From Marsupella aquatica (lineage: Eukaryota > Plantae > Marchantiophyta), in the NCBI GenBank assembly GCA_973895155.1, contig OZ316899.1, forward strand, positions 13,333,934-13,397,933: DNA of 64,000 bases. The letters are read 5' to 3'. Below are positions 21,004 through 34,781 of this stretch, piece after piece. A program made the position numbers and the translations under genes. A model generated the notes under the pieces. The model was not told where the DNA came from and ran no database searches. It worked only from the letters and a program-made list of their open reading frames with translations. The stretch's first letter is position 1; the number at the start of each line of letters is the position of its first letter.

Positions 21004-23424
21004 TCAGCGAAGTGCCAAGTCGTTTTCTGGACCTGGACCGGAATTGACACTCTCAGTCCTCAACCCTTTCCTATTCCTCTCGTTTCCAGGTAAAACAGCC
21101 AGAAATTGAACCACCTCTTTCCCATCTTTGCTCCGAACCTTCACCATGAAGGTAGTATCATCCAGAACCTTTGTCTCCATCCTCCATTCAGTGATGAACG
21201 GCATGCCCAGTATCACCGGAAATGACAAGTGCTCATGAACAAAAATGTTGCAAGCCTGCTTGACATTCCCAAACTTCACCATCACATTCGGACATCCGCC
21301 CCAAAGATAGTCCTTCATTGAACTGACCGAGTTCACACTCCAAAGCAACTCATTGTCCACTGGCCAATTCCCTTTTTGAAACACCTTTGGATCCATCAAG
21401 TTGATCTCCGAGCCAATATCAATGAGCGCCCGCACCTTGCCTTCCATTCCTTCCAACTGGCACTCGCTCTCCGGACTTGCTCGAGCCCAGTATCCATCCC
21501 GGTAAGCATAACCGTTTCCCTTCATTGAGCCCATGACATGAATGGTCCTTGACTCCGCGGTAATGCTTTCCCGTTCTCCCCATTCGGTCGGGTCCCTGTT
21601 TGCCACAGACTCAGCTTCGCTTCCGGCTCCCATGAGCTCCTCCTCCGCATCGAAGAACTCATCGTCCAAGTTCATGAGCTCCTCTTCAAGGGACTTGACC
21701 CTCTTTGGTTTTCCCAAGTCTGACTCTTGGGGGACAGCAAGCTTACTACCTGAACCCATGGACACCCCAGCAGTGTAAGTTCGGAAACTCCCAATTTCCG
21801 TCTCGCCAGCCTCCCCCATCAAGGTGTGAGGGCCCTCCTTGTAAATCCGTTTCCTCTTGGATCTCTCCAAGATCGCTTCCTGGATCTCTCGCCTCATACT
21901 GCCAAAGAACTCAGCGTTGGTAAACCCTTGAGCCTGTTGGCTCCAGAACTTCTCAGCTACAACCTCCGGGTACATGGTCTGGTCCACGTCCCTGCCAAGC
22001 ACCCAGCCCGGGTCCTTTCTGATCGGTTTCCCTTTCTCCGGCTCTTTCTCGCTCATTTCCTCTTCTTCGAACCTAACCCTCCTTTCCTTGTCTCGAGTGT
22101 CCCGCCTCTCTCGTTCCCCTGATTGAGACGGAGTGTCATCCTCGTCGGTTTTCTTCCTTTTTGACTCGACCGAGGCATCCCAACTAGCCCCAACCTCAAC
22201 CGTTATCGCATTGATCAGCACCGGGTCACTCCATCCGGATCTCTCTCGCACCAGAACCGCCAAGCGCTTGTAAAACTTGTTCGTTTCCGTCACGGGGCCA
22301 TCCAACTCCACATTGTAAACATTCGCTTCCAGGTGCTTCCCAGCTCGCTTCTCAGCCAAAGCCTTCATGCCTCCCTTGTTGGAGTTGAATGGGATCGGCT
22401 CTTCAGTATTGGCAAACGATATCTTTTTCTGACCAACTTCATCGACGAACTTGATCAGCCCTTTATCCGCAGCTTCCCTCAGGTCCAGGCACTCCCGTTT
22501 GTCATGCTCTTTGTTGTCGCACCACATGCATGGCCAACTCTGCATCTCTCGCTTCCTCTCGAGAGCACTCGCAACCCTCGGTTTCGGATTCTCGACCGCA
22601 TGTGCCGCCAAGATCTTCAGGTTCTGCATCATTTCTGTGAGATCATCCACCGATGGTTTGATCTCATCCTTCGCTGGTTCCCGCTTCCCTTTCCTCAATA
22701 TCGGTTCCGACGGCCTTAGGTCAAGAGTGGTAGCCTCCTTTTCTAGCTCTCGCCGCCGGTGTCGATTGCTCACTTTCGACACCGCTTTCTCAACTTGGTT
22801 CCAGTCGTTAGACAAGGTAACTCTCGAAGGTTCCAGCAGCTCCATCGCGTTCTCAAGCTCTTCTCGAAGGTCCTCATCGGCTGCCCGCAAGAAGAGCGTC
22901 GAGTGCTGCAACTCGATGATTCCCACATCCCGCTTTGGTAACTGAGACACCCTTCTCTTGAACTCCCTTAGGAGCTCTTGCGGCCCCTTCAGCTTCTTGT
23001 TCCTGTCATTCACCCAATCCAAGAAGGTAGCCTGCGTGACCCAATCAGCATCCTCAGCTTGGAACTCCTCTTTCATCTTCTGGTCGAAATCATCCCAGCC
23101 CTCAGCTGACTCAACGATGGTTCGCACCGTCAAACTCAACTCCTTCTCAACCAGCACCATGAACTCTTTCACGGCTGTCCCTTCGTCCAACTTGTAGATA
23201 GCTGCCTCTGTCAGGTAAGACTTAAGGTAGCTTGTCACATTTCTCCCATCGAACTGCCCATTCTCCTTCAGAACCTCTTGGAGACATCGAGTAGTTCTAT
23301 TCGCTTCTCTGTTTGCCCTTTCCGACTCAAGCTCTTCCTTCCTTATGGTTCTCATCATCGACATGACGATGCTCGATATCCGATCGACTTCGTCATAGTC
23401 ACCCATCTCATCCAATCGCCCCAA
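21004..23424 (-). CDS. Gypsy Gag-protease
   Basis: 806-aa ORF with FDGRNVTSYL gag start, CMWCDNKEHDKREC knuckle and ALIDIGSEINL / ILGMPF aspartic protease motifs. Confidence 0.9.
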   Translation of the reverse strand: MGRLDEMGDYDEVDRISSIVMSMMRTIRKEELESERANREANRTTRCLQEVLKENGQFDGRNVTSYLKSYLTEAAIYKLDEGTAVKEFMVLVEKELSLTVRTIVESAEGWDDFDQKMKEEFQAEDADWVTQATFLDWVNDRNKKLKGPQELLREFKRRVSQLPKRDVGIIELQHSTLFLRAADEDLREELENAMELLEPSRVTLSNDWNQVEKAVSKVSNRHRRRELEKEATTLDLRPSEPILRKGKREPAKDEIKPSVDDLTEMMQNLKILAAHAVENPKPRVASALERKREMQSWPCMWCDNKEHDKRECLDLREAADKGLIKFVDEVGQKKISFANTEEPIPFNSNKGGMKALAEKRAGKHLEANVYNVELDGPVTETNKFYKRLAVLVRERSGWSDPVLINAITVEVGASWDASVESKRKKTDEDDTPSQSGERERRDTRDKERRVRFEEEEMSEKEPEKGKPIRKDPGWVLGRDVDQTMYPEVVAEKFWSQQAQGFTNAEFFGSMRREIQEAILERSKRKRIYKEGPHTLMGEAGETEIGSFRTYTAGVSMGSGSKLAVPQESDLGKPKRVKSLEEELMNLDDEFFDAEEELMGAGSEAESVANRDPTEWGERESITAESRTIHVMGSMKGNGYAYRDGYWARASPESECQLEGMEGKVRALIDIGSEINLMDPKVFQKGNWPVDNELLWSVNSVSSMKDYLWGGCPNVMVKFGNVKQACNIFVHEHLSFPVILGMPFITEWRMETKVLDDTTFMVKVRSKDGKEVVQFLAVLPGNERNRKGLRTESVNSGPGPENDLALR

Positions 23425-24301
23425 GGAATCCCCAGTATGGTCGCCAATGTCGCATGGACTTTAAGTTAGGGGCTCCTCGGGCAAACTACACGCTTCTGGC
23501 TGCGATCAAGACAGGTGACAAGCACTTTTTGGAGCGAACTCTCACTCCTTTTAATTTTTTACTTTTCTCACAAAGGTTACAATAGGTGCCCTCGAGTAAG
23601 CTTGCCCGCAAGAGTCTGGTAGCTGGCCCTACGGCGGGCCGCTACCTCTAACTTGTTGGGTAGAACTCCTCGAGTGACTAACTACTCGAAATCTGACGGA
23701 AAAACTATCCTCCTTAGCTCACAAAACCAAAACTCGACTAGCTACTCCACTAGTCTAAAACAGCTCGCACGGAACTCGGGCCTGGACCAACGAGGCTCCA
23801 AACTCGAGAAATTCCCGCTTGGATCAACGAGACTCCAGACTCGAGAAACTCCCCGCCTGGATCAACGAGACTCCAAACTCGAGAAACTCCCCGCCTAGAT
23901 CAAAAACTCCTTGCCTGGATCAAAAACTCACTCCGAACTCCAAAACCAACGCACCACAGCCGAGTCCCGCAGAACGGAGCGGAACTCACAGAACATAACT
24001 CAACCGACCTCAATAGACAACCGTCAACCTCAATGAGCCGAGGCTCAAGTCTTAAGTAGCATCAGAAACCCAACCATCCAGCCTGAGCCAGCTGCCATCA
24101 GCGAGGCTCATCCAAACTCCAAGCCTGGTGACTCACCCAAACACCAAACCTGGTGACGACAAGTCACCCAATCACCAAACCTCAATCCATCCAACCAAGC
24201 AACCCCTCCGAGTCAGCATGCATGCAACCAAACCGGGAGGCCTCGTCCATCACCCCCTATAAAAGCCATTCCTGAGCCGAAATCATTCGGCACGACACCG
24301 G

Positions 24302-26332
24302 CCAAGTCTCTGCCTCCACCTCCCAAGGATGAACCCACCATCGTCTTTTCGCTGCTGGCAAAGAACTCCTTGGTGACATGTTCAGCTTGCACAACAAATC
24401 CTTTGCTTCCTGCAAACCTTCCTTTAGAGCATCAACAACCAGCTCATTAGTCTGAACTGTAGAGTAATCAAATAAATTTGGAGCTTGTTTTCCTTCTTCA
24501 AGAGGATGTAAAGTTGCCCAAACATGATCCTGTTTATCATGTGATCGACGTATCTTCAATCCCTTTGGTCCATACTCTAATCCAGCTAGTCAATTAAGTC
24601 CCACTGCACTGTCCAGTAGAGATCCAAAGTCATAATTTCTCTCATGGCCACTCATGCCACCTACCTTGCTGAAAAATATCTCACAATAATCTGATCCCAG
24701 CAAGTGAAATGGAACTTGCAGATATGGGAACTCGTCCCGAAAGGCACAGATTAACAATACTACAAAATGACAAGACATGTTGATATCATGGAAAGCCTGC
24801 ACAAAAATCATGTTCTTATTTGTGATAGATCCAGCATTCCTTGTCACAGAATGATCACCATACCTCAACCATAGCCTCCACAATTGGAAGAACCAAGATA
24901 CTTTGATGCCAAGACAACACGGGTTCTTAGGTCATGCTTAACAAAGAAGAAAATATCTATGTAGTCTGCACAAACCTCCAAGTATATCATGGTCCCAAAG
25001 CTTCTGTCATGACAAACATCTTGTCGCTCATACATATGCTGCAGGCAGGCCTGCACTCTCCTGGAAGCTATTCGTTGTGGGCCAGCCTAGTTTTGTCATC
25101 TTGTCCTATTCACATCATCCCAATGCAAACCATGCTCATGAATTGCATAATGGTTATAAACAGATGTGAAATATGACAAAGATGCATGCTGATCACCAAG
25201 AACTAACATAGCAGACACTCGGTCCAATGGGTTAATTGCCTTCTTGCCATTGTGAGGTGGGTCTTGGTCTCCAAAACCATATAGATCTCCATTCGGAAGT
25301 ATGGACACTGAGTATTGCCACCCAACCCATCCCACACTGTACCTAGGAAAGGAACCATTCACAACAATATAATCTTCCATCATCAATTTCTTGTGACAAG
25401 CATCACCATCACTAGCATGGCCCAACAAAGGACCAACACTATCTCTGCAATGTGTGTCCCACATGGACTTTAGCTGCACCCAATGCTCTCTTACCCAGGT
25501 AGCTTTAAACTTGTTACATGTTGGTAGAACACACAATGCCAATTTAGGCATCTTTGCATGCAAAGGATTGACAATGATTACTCTAGCATACATGCCTTTG
25601 GCATACTGCTCAAAAGTACTTACAATCTTGTCATACCCTTCAGTACCTGCTCCAACCAGTACTTCCAAGCCAAAAGAACATGTGTGCTCTTCTAAGGGGC
25701 CACAGAAACCAATGAGGGTGTCATATTTAGCTTCCCATCTGTCACACACAATACAATACTGACATTAGCTCATGACTTGCAGACTCACCCAACACATTCA
25801 AAAGAAGAAGCTAATTTACGGCAGAGACAAAAACACAAACTTGGGTCTTTCTTTTATCCTTGTTTCATCCTCAACAAACATTACTGGTACATCTCCTGAA
25901 ATTCCAAGTGACTGCTTTGATGCACATAGTACTCTGCACACCTCCTGGAATATCTCTTTGCGGATGCCAAGTCTAAAGGGTGGTAGTTTTTCTCTGTCAC
26001 GTTTCAAGGTCTTCAGACTTGGACCACCTAGGTTTGCCTGGAAACAATGGGCCATTTGTCTACCTCCAAACTGGAACATGGCTTGGGAAAAGGCCTTGGT
26101 TCTCTTACTATAACGATAACCCTTAGCAACTCTCTGCAAGTTCTTGGCTACATCTGTCAAGAAATCCCACAACCCTTCCTTGCCACCAAAAGCACCACAC
26201 TTATGTCCATTCACTATATTCCTCAAAAAAAGTCTTAAATCTTTCCTATCATGGGCTACTCCTAATAAATCTTCTAGCTTCTTTCACCTAACACTCAGGG
26301 CACAAATTTTTTGAGCCTGTTGTGCCAACAGC
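24302..26332 (-). pseudogene. P-like transposase catalytic core
   Basis: Motifs VEDETRIK, HASDGD, DQDPPHNGKK (DxxH) and GSDYCEIFFS match the P/THAP9-type RNase H core. A GT-AG intron is likely at 25739-25840. Several stops and frameshifts. Confidence 0.75.
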
Positions 26333-27187
26333 CACTAGAAGAATCCGAGGTGAACTGAGACCGCAATATATGACTCATTTTGGCTCATGTGACTTCATTG
26401 TGACTCAACGTGACTTGACCCACGCTGTGACCCTTGGAGTTGCAAAAGTTGAGACCAAAAAATGGAAGTCACTATTGATACTGGGCTTTGCAACTTGCTT
26501 GATACCCATTTGTGACTGATCTGTGACTTTATTGTGGAGTCTAGCCTTGTTTCGACGTGACTGCAATATGACTTCAGCGAGTCACATCGTAAGTCACATA
26601 CATGACTTACCCGCATTCAACAACGACTAGCGTGTGACTATTTAGTGTCACAGGAGAGACCAATGGAGACCCTGGCCCGCGTCACACAACAGAACCATTT
26701 GGGACTCTATATACTCATGTTTATAACTAATAAGGTTCACATGCAAGTTATAACCATGACTAATGAACACAGAGGGACAGTTCATAAGGAGAGAGAGCAC
26801 TCGACATTACAATACATAGAAACCTGATGTTCTAACTTTAGAAATATAACACATTGAATACAAGAAATGAACATAGCATGAATGACATCCACATGAAACA
26901 AAGCATCATATAAGCAGATCCTACATAAAACATTCATAAGAATTAAACACAATCACAATCTTGCTAAAAAATGAAGATCATTTGAATTCCAATGGAATAG
27001 TTTACAATGTGATCAATGTAATTTAGACAAAACAGGAACTCATAATTGATGACTGTAGGATGAGATAACTGAAAGCACATGCATGATACTATGAATCTCC
27101 AAGAGGACATGATTCTTGTACTGCTTCTTGACATCTAAAATCTACATAACATGACTCACACTACAAACAAATAATGGCATGACATTG

Positions 27188-30100
27188 TTATGGATCCTCT
27201 ATGAACTTGCTTGGCCATAATACCAAAGAACCTGCAGCATCTCCAAGTGTCTTTTGAGGAGGATCATCATTTGTGTTTGGAATGGGAAGGACAGCTTTAG
27301 GTTTCACTAGTAATGTGACTAACACTACTGAATAACCTGGGGGAATCCTCTTGCCATGGAACGTTGTGGAACCAACCTGCACTCTGGCAAATCCTACTCG
27401 TGTTCCACTCTCATCAACAGCTAACAAGCCACTTTGTCCCTCAGCATTAGGTGCTTTCCCCACTTCCACCTTAGATCTTTCTGCCAGCACTATTCTTGGA
27501 GGTTTGTATGAAACCTTTGACGTGGCTCTGCTCCCACCAGCAGACTTGCTTCGTGTGCGCATGCTTCCTCTCTTCACAGTAGTGAAGCTAGGCTCAGTAG
27601 GTTCCTCTATTAGGACTGTCACAGTAGCAGGTTCATCACCTGGGAGTGTCATACCAACTAACTCTTTGGTTGGATTTATCTCAACAAGAGGCACACCTGT
27701 CATTGAGAATGATACATTCTGCAAATCATTTATATCTGCAATGGAGTCAAGATCTACATAGCATGAATCTGGCTCAATGGTATCATTGTCATGCTTGCTG
27801 ATATCCTCATTTGCCCCAACATTGATATCATCCACTCCCTTGCCAATGTCATCCTCATCCAAACATGGTTGACTGCCCTCTGTCAAACAAGTTGCTTGTA
27901 CAGACTGCAACTTTGTTGCCTCTAAATTACAGCGAGTATTTGCCAGGTTCTCATACTTCTTCTCTGTAGCACCTGTCTTATTCTCTATGGACACAACAAC
28001 CACAATATATGTTACTGGAAATAACACATTCAACAAACAATGTCAATTCAAACTATACATTTAATAATCATATCCCACACAGTTGTAAAGGCCTTACCTT
28101 CAAGCCTACATGTCGTTGGCATGCCAGAAGAGTGCATCGACTTTGCCACCTCAAGTGGTGATGGTGGAACTCCTGCAGAATTGGAATCAATTTTATCTCT
28201 CACCGACACAACAGCTTCCATTAATGTCTTGAAGTTCACATGGAACAAGTCAGTCAATGAATTCAAACGTTCATTGATCTCTGGAAGACATGTTTCGACA
28301 GCCTTCAAACGACCACTTATCTCTGTAAGTGAAGATCCACCTCCCTACATGACACAGGGGTATAGGTTCAATCACTCCATATGAAATGTTGGGCAATATA
28401 TGCACAATCAATGTTATATACAGTGTACACCTGAAATTCAACGCAGGTCATTCAATTACCAATCAGAACTCATATAACTTACATGCTTGGAGGATTCAGA
28501 TGCACCCTCTTGAGCCCGGGTGTTCACAATTTCAGCCCTCAACTCTTCTTTTGAAGGGCTTTGCCCCAATTGGGCTTTCTGCACATGCATGGCAAACACA
28601 AGTTATCGATCAATATTCAGGGAACGTACACTAAAAAACAAAGTTTACATGTATGGGTTTACACTAAAAAATAGTATATAGTGTAGCATAAATTACATAG
28701 CTAGGCCATTCATTCTTACCAAACGTTTAGCTGTCGGTGCAGTGCCGGTCCTTCCTGTCAGATTAGGGTTCTGAACACTCAACCTGGCCTCGGTCATCTG
28801 TGAACTCTTCTTTTTTGAAGCATCTGTTACAAAATAAGCTACTAACCTTGCCCACACTTTATCATCACAACTGGCTGGTGGAGGCATATCTGGCTTCTCC
28901 CCACCTTCCTTCCAAGCCTTATGCATTCTCCACCTCTCTTGCTTGATAATTTTACCTGCTGTACTCTCTAGGCAACCTATGTCCACGCCATCATCACTGC
29001 CCACATAATTCCATTTGGTAGCAACATTTTCACATACAGTCTTCCAATCTTTTGGATGCTGTTTTTTAAAATTAATAACACTCACATCTAACCAACGCAA
29101 TACTTCAGCTTTCAAATCAGCATGCCATCGGTTCTTGCGAGGACACTCAGCATCCACCCATTGTCTCTCATTCAACTTTACGTTCCCTTTCTTTGTCACC
29201 TCCCCTCGTGCACTGCTCTCGGTAGTACTGGGCGTTGTATTGGCCACCCCTTCATTCACCCTACCTGGGGTTCTGAAGCCACCTGGGAAAATACAATGCC
29301 ATTCATGCTTGAGAACTACATATAGCAGAATGGATGACGACAACATTCAATGCTTCACTTCAAGAAAAATTCTTCAAACATACATACCTGTAGCTCTGCC
29401 TGTAGATGCCTGTGCATGGACTGCACTCTGAAATTGTTGCGACCCTGGACCACCTGTCCAGCCTAGTACAGGGGCCGGATGATGTCACTTTCTAGGTATG
29501 TGTGTGAAAACATATGTACTGAAAACTAAGTACAAACTGTAGGAAAACAACTGAACATTCACCGACATACCTGTCCCCCTTCCGTGCTGCATCTGCATAG
29601 GGGCATTAGTGAATACTTGAGTCGATGGTTCGACTGTCCAACCTGCACACATACATTTTCTATCATTATACATGTGCAGAGTCCCCCCCACGTGAATGGA
29701 CTCCACATATAATGAGTTCTTCCATTGCTGACAAGATCAGACATTACCTGCTCCTCTTCCAGAGTTTGTAGGTACTGAATTTTGATATCCCTGCCAATTA
29801 CCTTCACCACCTTCCCAACCTTGTTCATTCCATGACCCACCACCATCCTCCCAACCTGGTTCAACCCATGTCTGTCCTTGTGGACATTGGAACTGATCAT
29901 TACTAGCATTTGCCCAATCAGGTTGGGCAGAATCTGCATGCAATGGCAGGTGGACAGAATTTCATGTTGTCTGAATCCAATACATCCCAAACAATGTCAA
30001 AAATTGATATGCAGTCTGAAATTCAGGAGTGCCATGCCTTCACAAAGAACTGGCATATAGATATATACTCACATCCCCATGGTTGAGGTGGACGTCCATA

Positions 30101-30893
30101 CCCACGAGATTGTGGGTTTGGACCTGCTCTGCCTCTACCACGGGCATAACCTAGAGCTTGCCCCCTGCCATAGTATTGGGCACCAGCCTGGGATCTACCA
30201 CTACTACCACCTCGCCAACCTTGATCAGAGGTCAGCCCCCCTGCTGGTATGGTGCATGCACAGGCTTCGAAGGCAAAACAGAACTGGCAGGACGCTGCAT
30301 CACATCACCAACTACAATGTCAGGAACTAAGCAAGGTACATATGTGTAGTACTGAACATATGAAACCTCTAAACAAGAGTTTTTAACTCAAAACCTTGTT
30401 GGGAAAACTACTTACATGTTTCTTTTGGGGCTGCTCTGCAATGTATTCATCTTCATAACCCCCATCCTCATCCATTTCCTCTGGAAAATACTCATCATCT
30501 GCATCTTCTTGTCTAGTGTCTGCACCCACCTGTGCAGCATCAATGTCATCTCCACATTCTGCCATTGTAGGTACGACCTTCTTGCTCAACCTGTCACTCC
30601 GACGCATAGGCCCAGAGATAGTGCTGGTCACCCTTCTTGCGTACTCCTTTTGTTTCTTTGAAAATGCTGTGGCTCTGCGACATTCCAATATGAGAATACA
30701 GTCACAATTTCAGTGCCACATTGAACTATTCATGTCACACAAACTCAGCGGAGGGGTGTAGTTGAGAATCGTTCCCTTACAATTCAGCCACATCCTTTTC
30801 CAGATCCAGTTCTGCAATTTTGGCTTTCACGTATGCTCGTTGTTCCATAGCTTTCCTTTCATACTCACACATCTCTGTGTCACTCTGTTCCAT
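27188..30893 (-). CDS. TnpA/ORF2-like CACTA protein (multi-exon; exon boundaries approximate)
   Basis: Exon ORFs with GT-AG junctions downstream of TnpD. The segment PPPASCDDKVWARLVAYF..KKSSQMTEAR..NLTGRTG is Ptta/En/Spm-like, and the C-terminal FHGKRIPPGYSVV..LPIP..TLGDAAGSLVLWP domain is typical. Confidence 0.75.
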
Positions 30894-31049
30894 CCTACTG
30901 GACCACAAAAACATGTCATCTATGGTCACCCCGTATAACACAATGCAACCACAATCACCAGGCATCCATCCATACATCTGTGTTGCTTCAGAATTACTTT
31001 ATTACACATCCTTCCCCTCACTAATGTCCATGCAAACAATTCACATTAC

Positions 31050-34000
31050 TCATAGCACAGGCACACTGTTGGCATCTGCATCTCTGAATTCGCCTCCTTC
31101 AGCAAATGCATCTACCCTTGTCACAGGAATGAAGTCCCCGCTATCATGAACTATAGGCACTTGGTTTGAACGCCGACGATCAAAGGCACTATGAGAGTGT
31201 AAATGAAACTCAAGGTTTGATCCTTCCATCCGACGTTGCCTGGCCTGTTTATGACACACTACACGCCAACCTGGGGAGTCTTCCACATCCAGGAAGAAAG
31301 CTTGCTCCACCTGACTAGGAAACACAAATGGCTCAGACTATTCAGGCAATTTCCCTCTGAAATTGGCCAGCAAGAAACCATTGTTGTCTCTCTTCATGGT
31401 AGCCCTGTTACCAAGCCAATCCTGCCGCACCCATGAACCTTTCATAAGAATCACAGGACTGGACACCGCCCCATAGTCCAGAGCCCATATGTCAACTAAT
31501 TCTCCCACATATCCCATCTCCATCCAGGCCCTGTCGTGATTGTGGCTCTGTTGCTCAAATACAGTGATGAGCCCGCAGTCATTCGTCACCCTGTAGGCAC
31601 TGTCACCATCCTTCACTCGGAAGTGATTCCCATATGCTCTCATCCGTTTGTAAGTCTTCACTTTCAGGCTAGGGGCATTAGACAGTAGGTAAACATCTGC
31701 ATCCATGTCTGGGTGGGTCTCGTGATGCTCTCTAATTGCCACTCTGATCCACTCCATGAAACCTGGAAAAGTTGTTCCTGCAGTGGGATGGGCCGCCTTC
31801 AATGACTCATACTCCCTGAACGAACAACCACACAGCATTAGCTTGGGTAAACATGAACAGGCTGAAGGAGAAAACCACACGAACACAACATTTAAGCTCA
31901 TGAACTGGATTATAGCACATGTATGCACTCACTGTATCCAGGGTTCCATCACCACAGTGTTGTGCAATACAAAGTCATGTGCCAAGTCTCTCATAGATAT
32001 GGTCAGGTTCTTTGTGGTTGCAGCCGCTTCCAGTACTTCACCTATCACCCCTTCCTCCTCATCAGAATTCCACACCCTGGTCTTCACATGCTCATATTGT
32101 GCTATGTATTCGGTCAGAAATCCCAGAGTCTCATCCTTGATGTAACCTTTAGCCATGCTTGCTTCAGGTTTGTAATATGTTCTCACGTGACCTTTGAGTA
32201 GCTTCATGTACCGTTCCAAAGGGTACAACCAACGAGCACTCACAGGCCCAAATTGGTGTACCTCTTCCACAACATGGACAAGTAGGTGGGTCATGACATC
32301 AAAAAATGCGGGAGGAAAATAAATCTCCAGGTCACACAACACCTGAGCGACATCTTCTGTCAGTTGTGGGAAGTGTGTTTCATCCCAAACCTTCACACAA
32401 ATACGACGAAACACATCACTGAGTCGCATGATCACAGTACGAACAGGCTTCTGCAACAGGCCCCTCAGGCATAAAGGCAACACCTGTTGCATCAACATAT
32501 GGTAGTCATGGCTTTTCATACTACCAAGCTTTCTAGTCATGATATGCTTCTTGAAAGCACTGCCATAGTTTGAAGGAACCTTCAAAGAACTCAACCTCTG
32601 CACAAATAGTTCCCACTCTGTGTCTGTCAGAACATAGGGCGCTTGGTACTTCAAGAGCACATCAGCTTTGTGGGCATGTGGCCTCAACCAAAGATGGGGT
32701 TTCATTCCCCTCTGTTCAAGATCCAATCTCACTGAACCAGTGTCTTTCTCTCCACACAAGAATCTGAGTAGACTCTCACAAATATTCTTTTCAATGTGCA
32801 TAACATCAATGTTATGTTTGCTTGGCTCAAACTCCTGCATCGTTGCAATGCAAAAGCGTCAGGAAATGCCTCAAGTTTAGTCTCTCTCTTCGAAATGAAT
32901 GCACATGCTCTGAACCAAAACATGTATCCCAATTAGCATCAACTCCAAGAGGCTTACCCTCCAGTACTTGAGCTCCAAGTCCAATATGCTCAATCTTTTT
33001 ACACCATATCGCTTTATTGGATCACTCACTCCATCTTCCCTGCCCCCTCGTTTGATATAGTCATCCCTCAGTGCTCCCCACTGCCTGATCTCCTCTTTGG
33101 TCACTCGTGCCGGGGGTCCACGTTGCTCAATCTCATTGCCAAAGTGTGCAATCAGTGCCTGTCTTTCTCTGTAAGGGTGATCTGCCTTCAGAAAACGACG
33201 ATGGCCCATGTATATCACTTTCTGCAGGGCTCTGGAGTACTCACTGGTGACATTGCGCCCACAGATAGTACAAGCACAATATCCTTTTGTTGTTTGGCCT
33301 GATATCATCCCATGGGCTGGGTAGTCAGCTATAGTCAGAATGACAATGGCTCTAAGGATGAATGGGTTTAACCTCCCAAGCCTCTGTAGGACATCATATG
33401 TGAGAACTCCTTCCTCCCAAAGCTTTCTCAATTCCTCCACTAGGGGAGCCAGAAACACATCTATGTTGGTAGATACAGCACTGTCTGGCCCTGGTATCAG
33501 TAGGACCATCAGAACAAAAAATCGCTTTGTAGTCATCCAAGGAGGAAGGTTATAATTCAAAATAGTTACAGGCCAGCACGAAAATTTGTTGTTCTTGTCT
33601 CCAAATGGGTTTACCCCATCCAATGACAGCCCAAGTCTGACATTCCTCGGCTCAGCAGCAAATTCGGGATACATCTCATCTATGAGTTTCCATTGCCTTG
33701 AATCTGCAGCATGTCGTTGTAGCCCATCATCACTTTTCTTGTCAGTTGCCCAAGTCATCATCTCCGAGATGGCACGGCTTCTGAACATCCGCTGAAGTCT
33801 GGGAATGAGTGGAAAATGACGAAGTACCTTGGCGGGAACCATAGACTTTCCTGAGTTCCGATACCTGTGCTTCCCACACTTAGGGCATGTCAACGATTCT
33901 TTATACTCCTTTCTGAAAAGAACATGCCCATCAGGACAGGCATGGATCGAATCATAGTTCAATCCAAGATTAGATATGCATCTTTTTGCCTCGTACATGT

Positions 34001-34781
34001 TCTTGGGCAAAATATTACCATCTGGTAGCACAGTTGTTCGCAAGAATGCCAACAACTCAGAAACCAAAACGTTGGGGACATTGTGGTTGCCGCAAATGTT
34101 CAGGAACATGATGACAAATCCCAGTTTAGAACATTTGCTACCGGGGTACAAAGACTTCCTGCCTTCCTGTATTTGCAGGGGAGAGCCAAACATCCCATCA
34201 TGCCCAGGGGTTTCCTGCCCTATCTCAAACTCATCAAGAGGCTCTTCGACAGGGGGCACACTTGCATCTGCAACCGTATCCTCTTCATTGTCCAGCCCAT
34301 CATGAAATGCATCCAAGTCTTGGAAGATGTCTCTCACCATCTCTTCCACATGAATTCCTTCGTCACGTGGTGCTGCCTGAGCACCATCCCGTTGGAGAGC
34401 TGACAACCCACAGAGACCAGCTACAACATTTTCAAATGCACCAAGCAGAACCTCACTTGCCCGTCTTGCAGCATTGGCAGCATCAAATTCTAACCTCCAC
34501 TCCTCGTCGGAAGAATCTTCCTCTGCAGGATCATTCCAAACTCGATGTCGTGGATCTCTTCCATGAACCGCGATATGCCGCCAAACCTCATTCAGACCCC
34601 TGGTACGGGATCCTTGGCAGATTGCACAAGGACATCTCATCCTACTGGCTCCTGAAAGTCTGGTTCGTAACCTTTCACGCTGCCAAAGCTTATTATCATG
34701 GCGTGATATCCTTGTGGGATGATGCAAAGGCAGTGCCTGTGCCCTGGGCTGGGTCTGGGGAGGGTGGTGACCAGGGTGCAT
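31050..34781 (-). pseudogene. CACTA TnpD/Tnp2 transposase; one in-frame TAG at 31338-31340
   Basis: Transposase_21-type motifs (LRHFPLIPRLQR, LGLSLDGVNPF, DYPAHG, IDVMHIEKN, MKSHDYH, HLLVH, WLYPLERY). Introns at about 32835-32957 and 31816-31932. Confidence 0.95.

Larger units (their letters stand above)
16753..24297 (-). mobile_element. Full-length Ty3/gypsy LTR retrotransposon (no chromodomain recognised)
   Basis: LTRs 16753-17564 (812 bp) and 23448-24297 (850 bp, with one extra 38-bp unit). 4-bp TSD CCGG. PBS TGGCGACCATACTGGG (tRNA-Arg-like, 23431-23446) and PPT GGGGGAGGA (17565-17573). Confidence 0.95.

Noticed and set aside
20952-21030. Possible programmed +1 frameshift between gypsy gag and pol (CTT CGC TGA)
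   Set aside because: The pol frame has another stop just upstream of its first ATG; this cannot be separated from decay without sibling copies.
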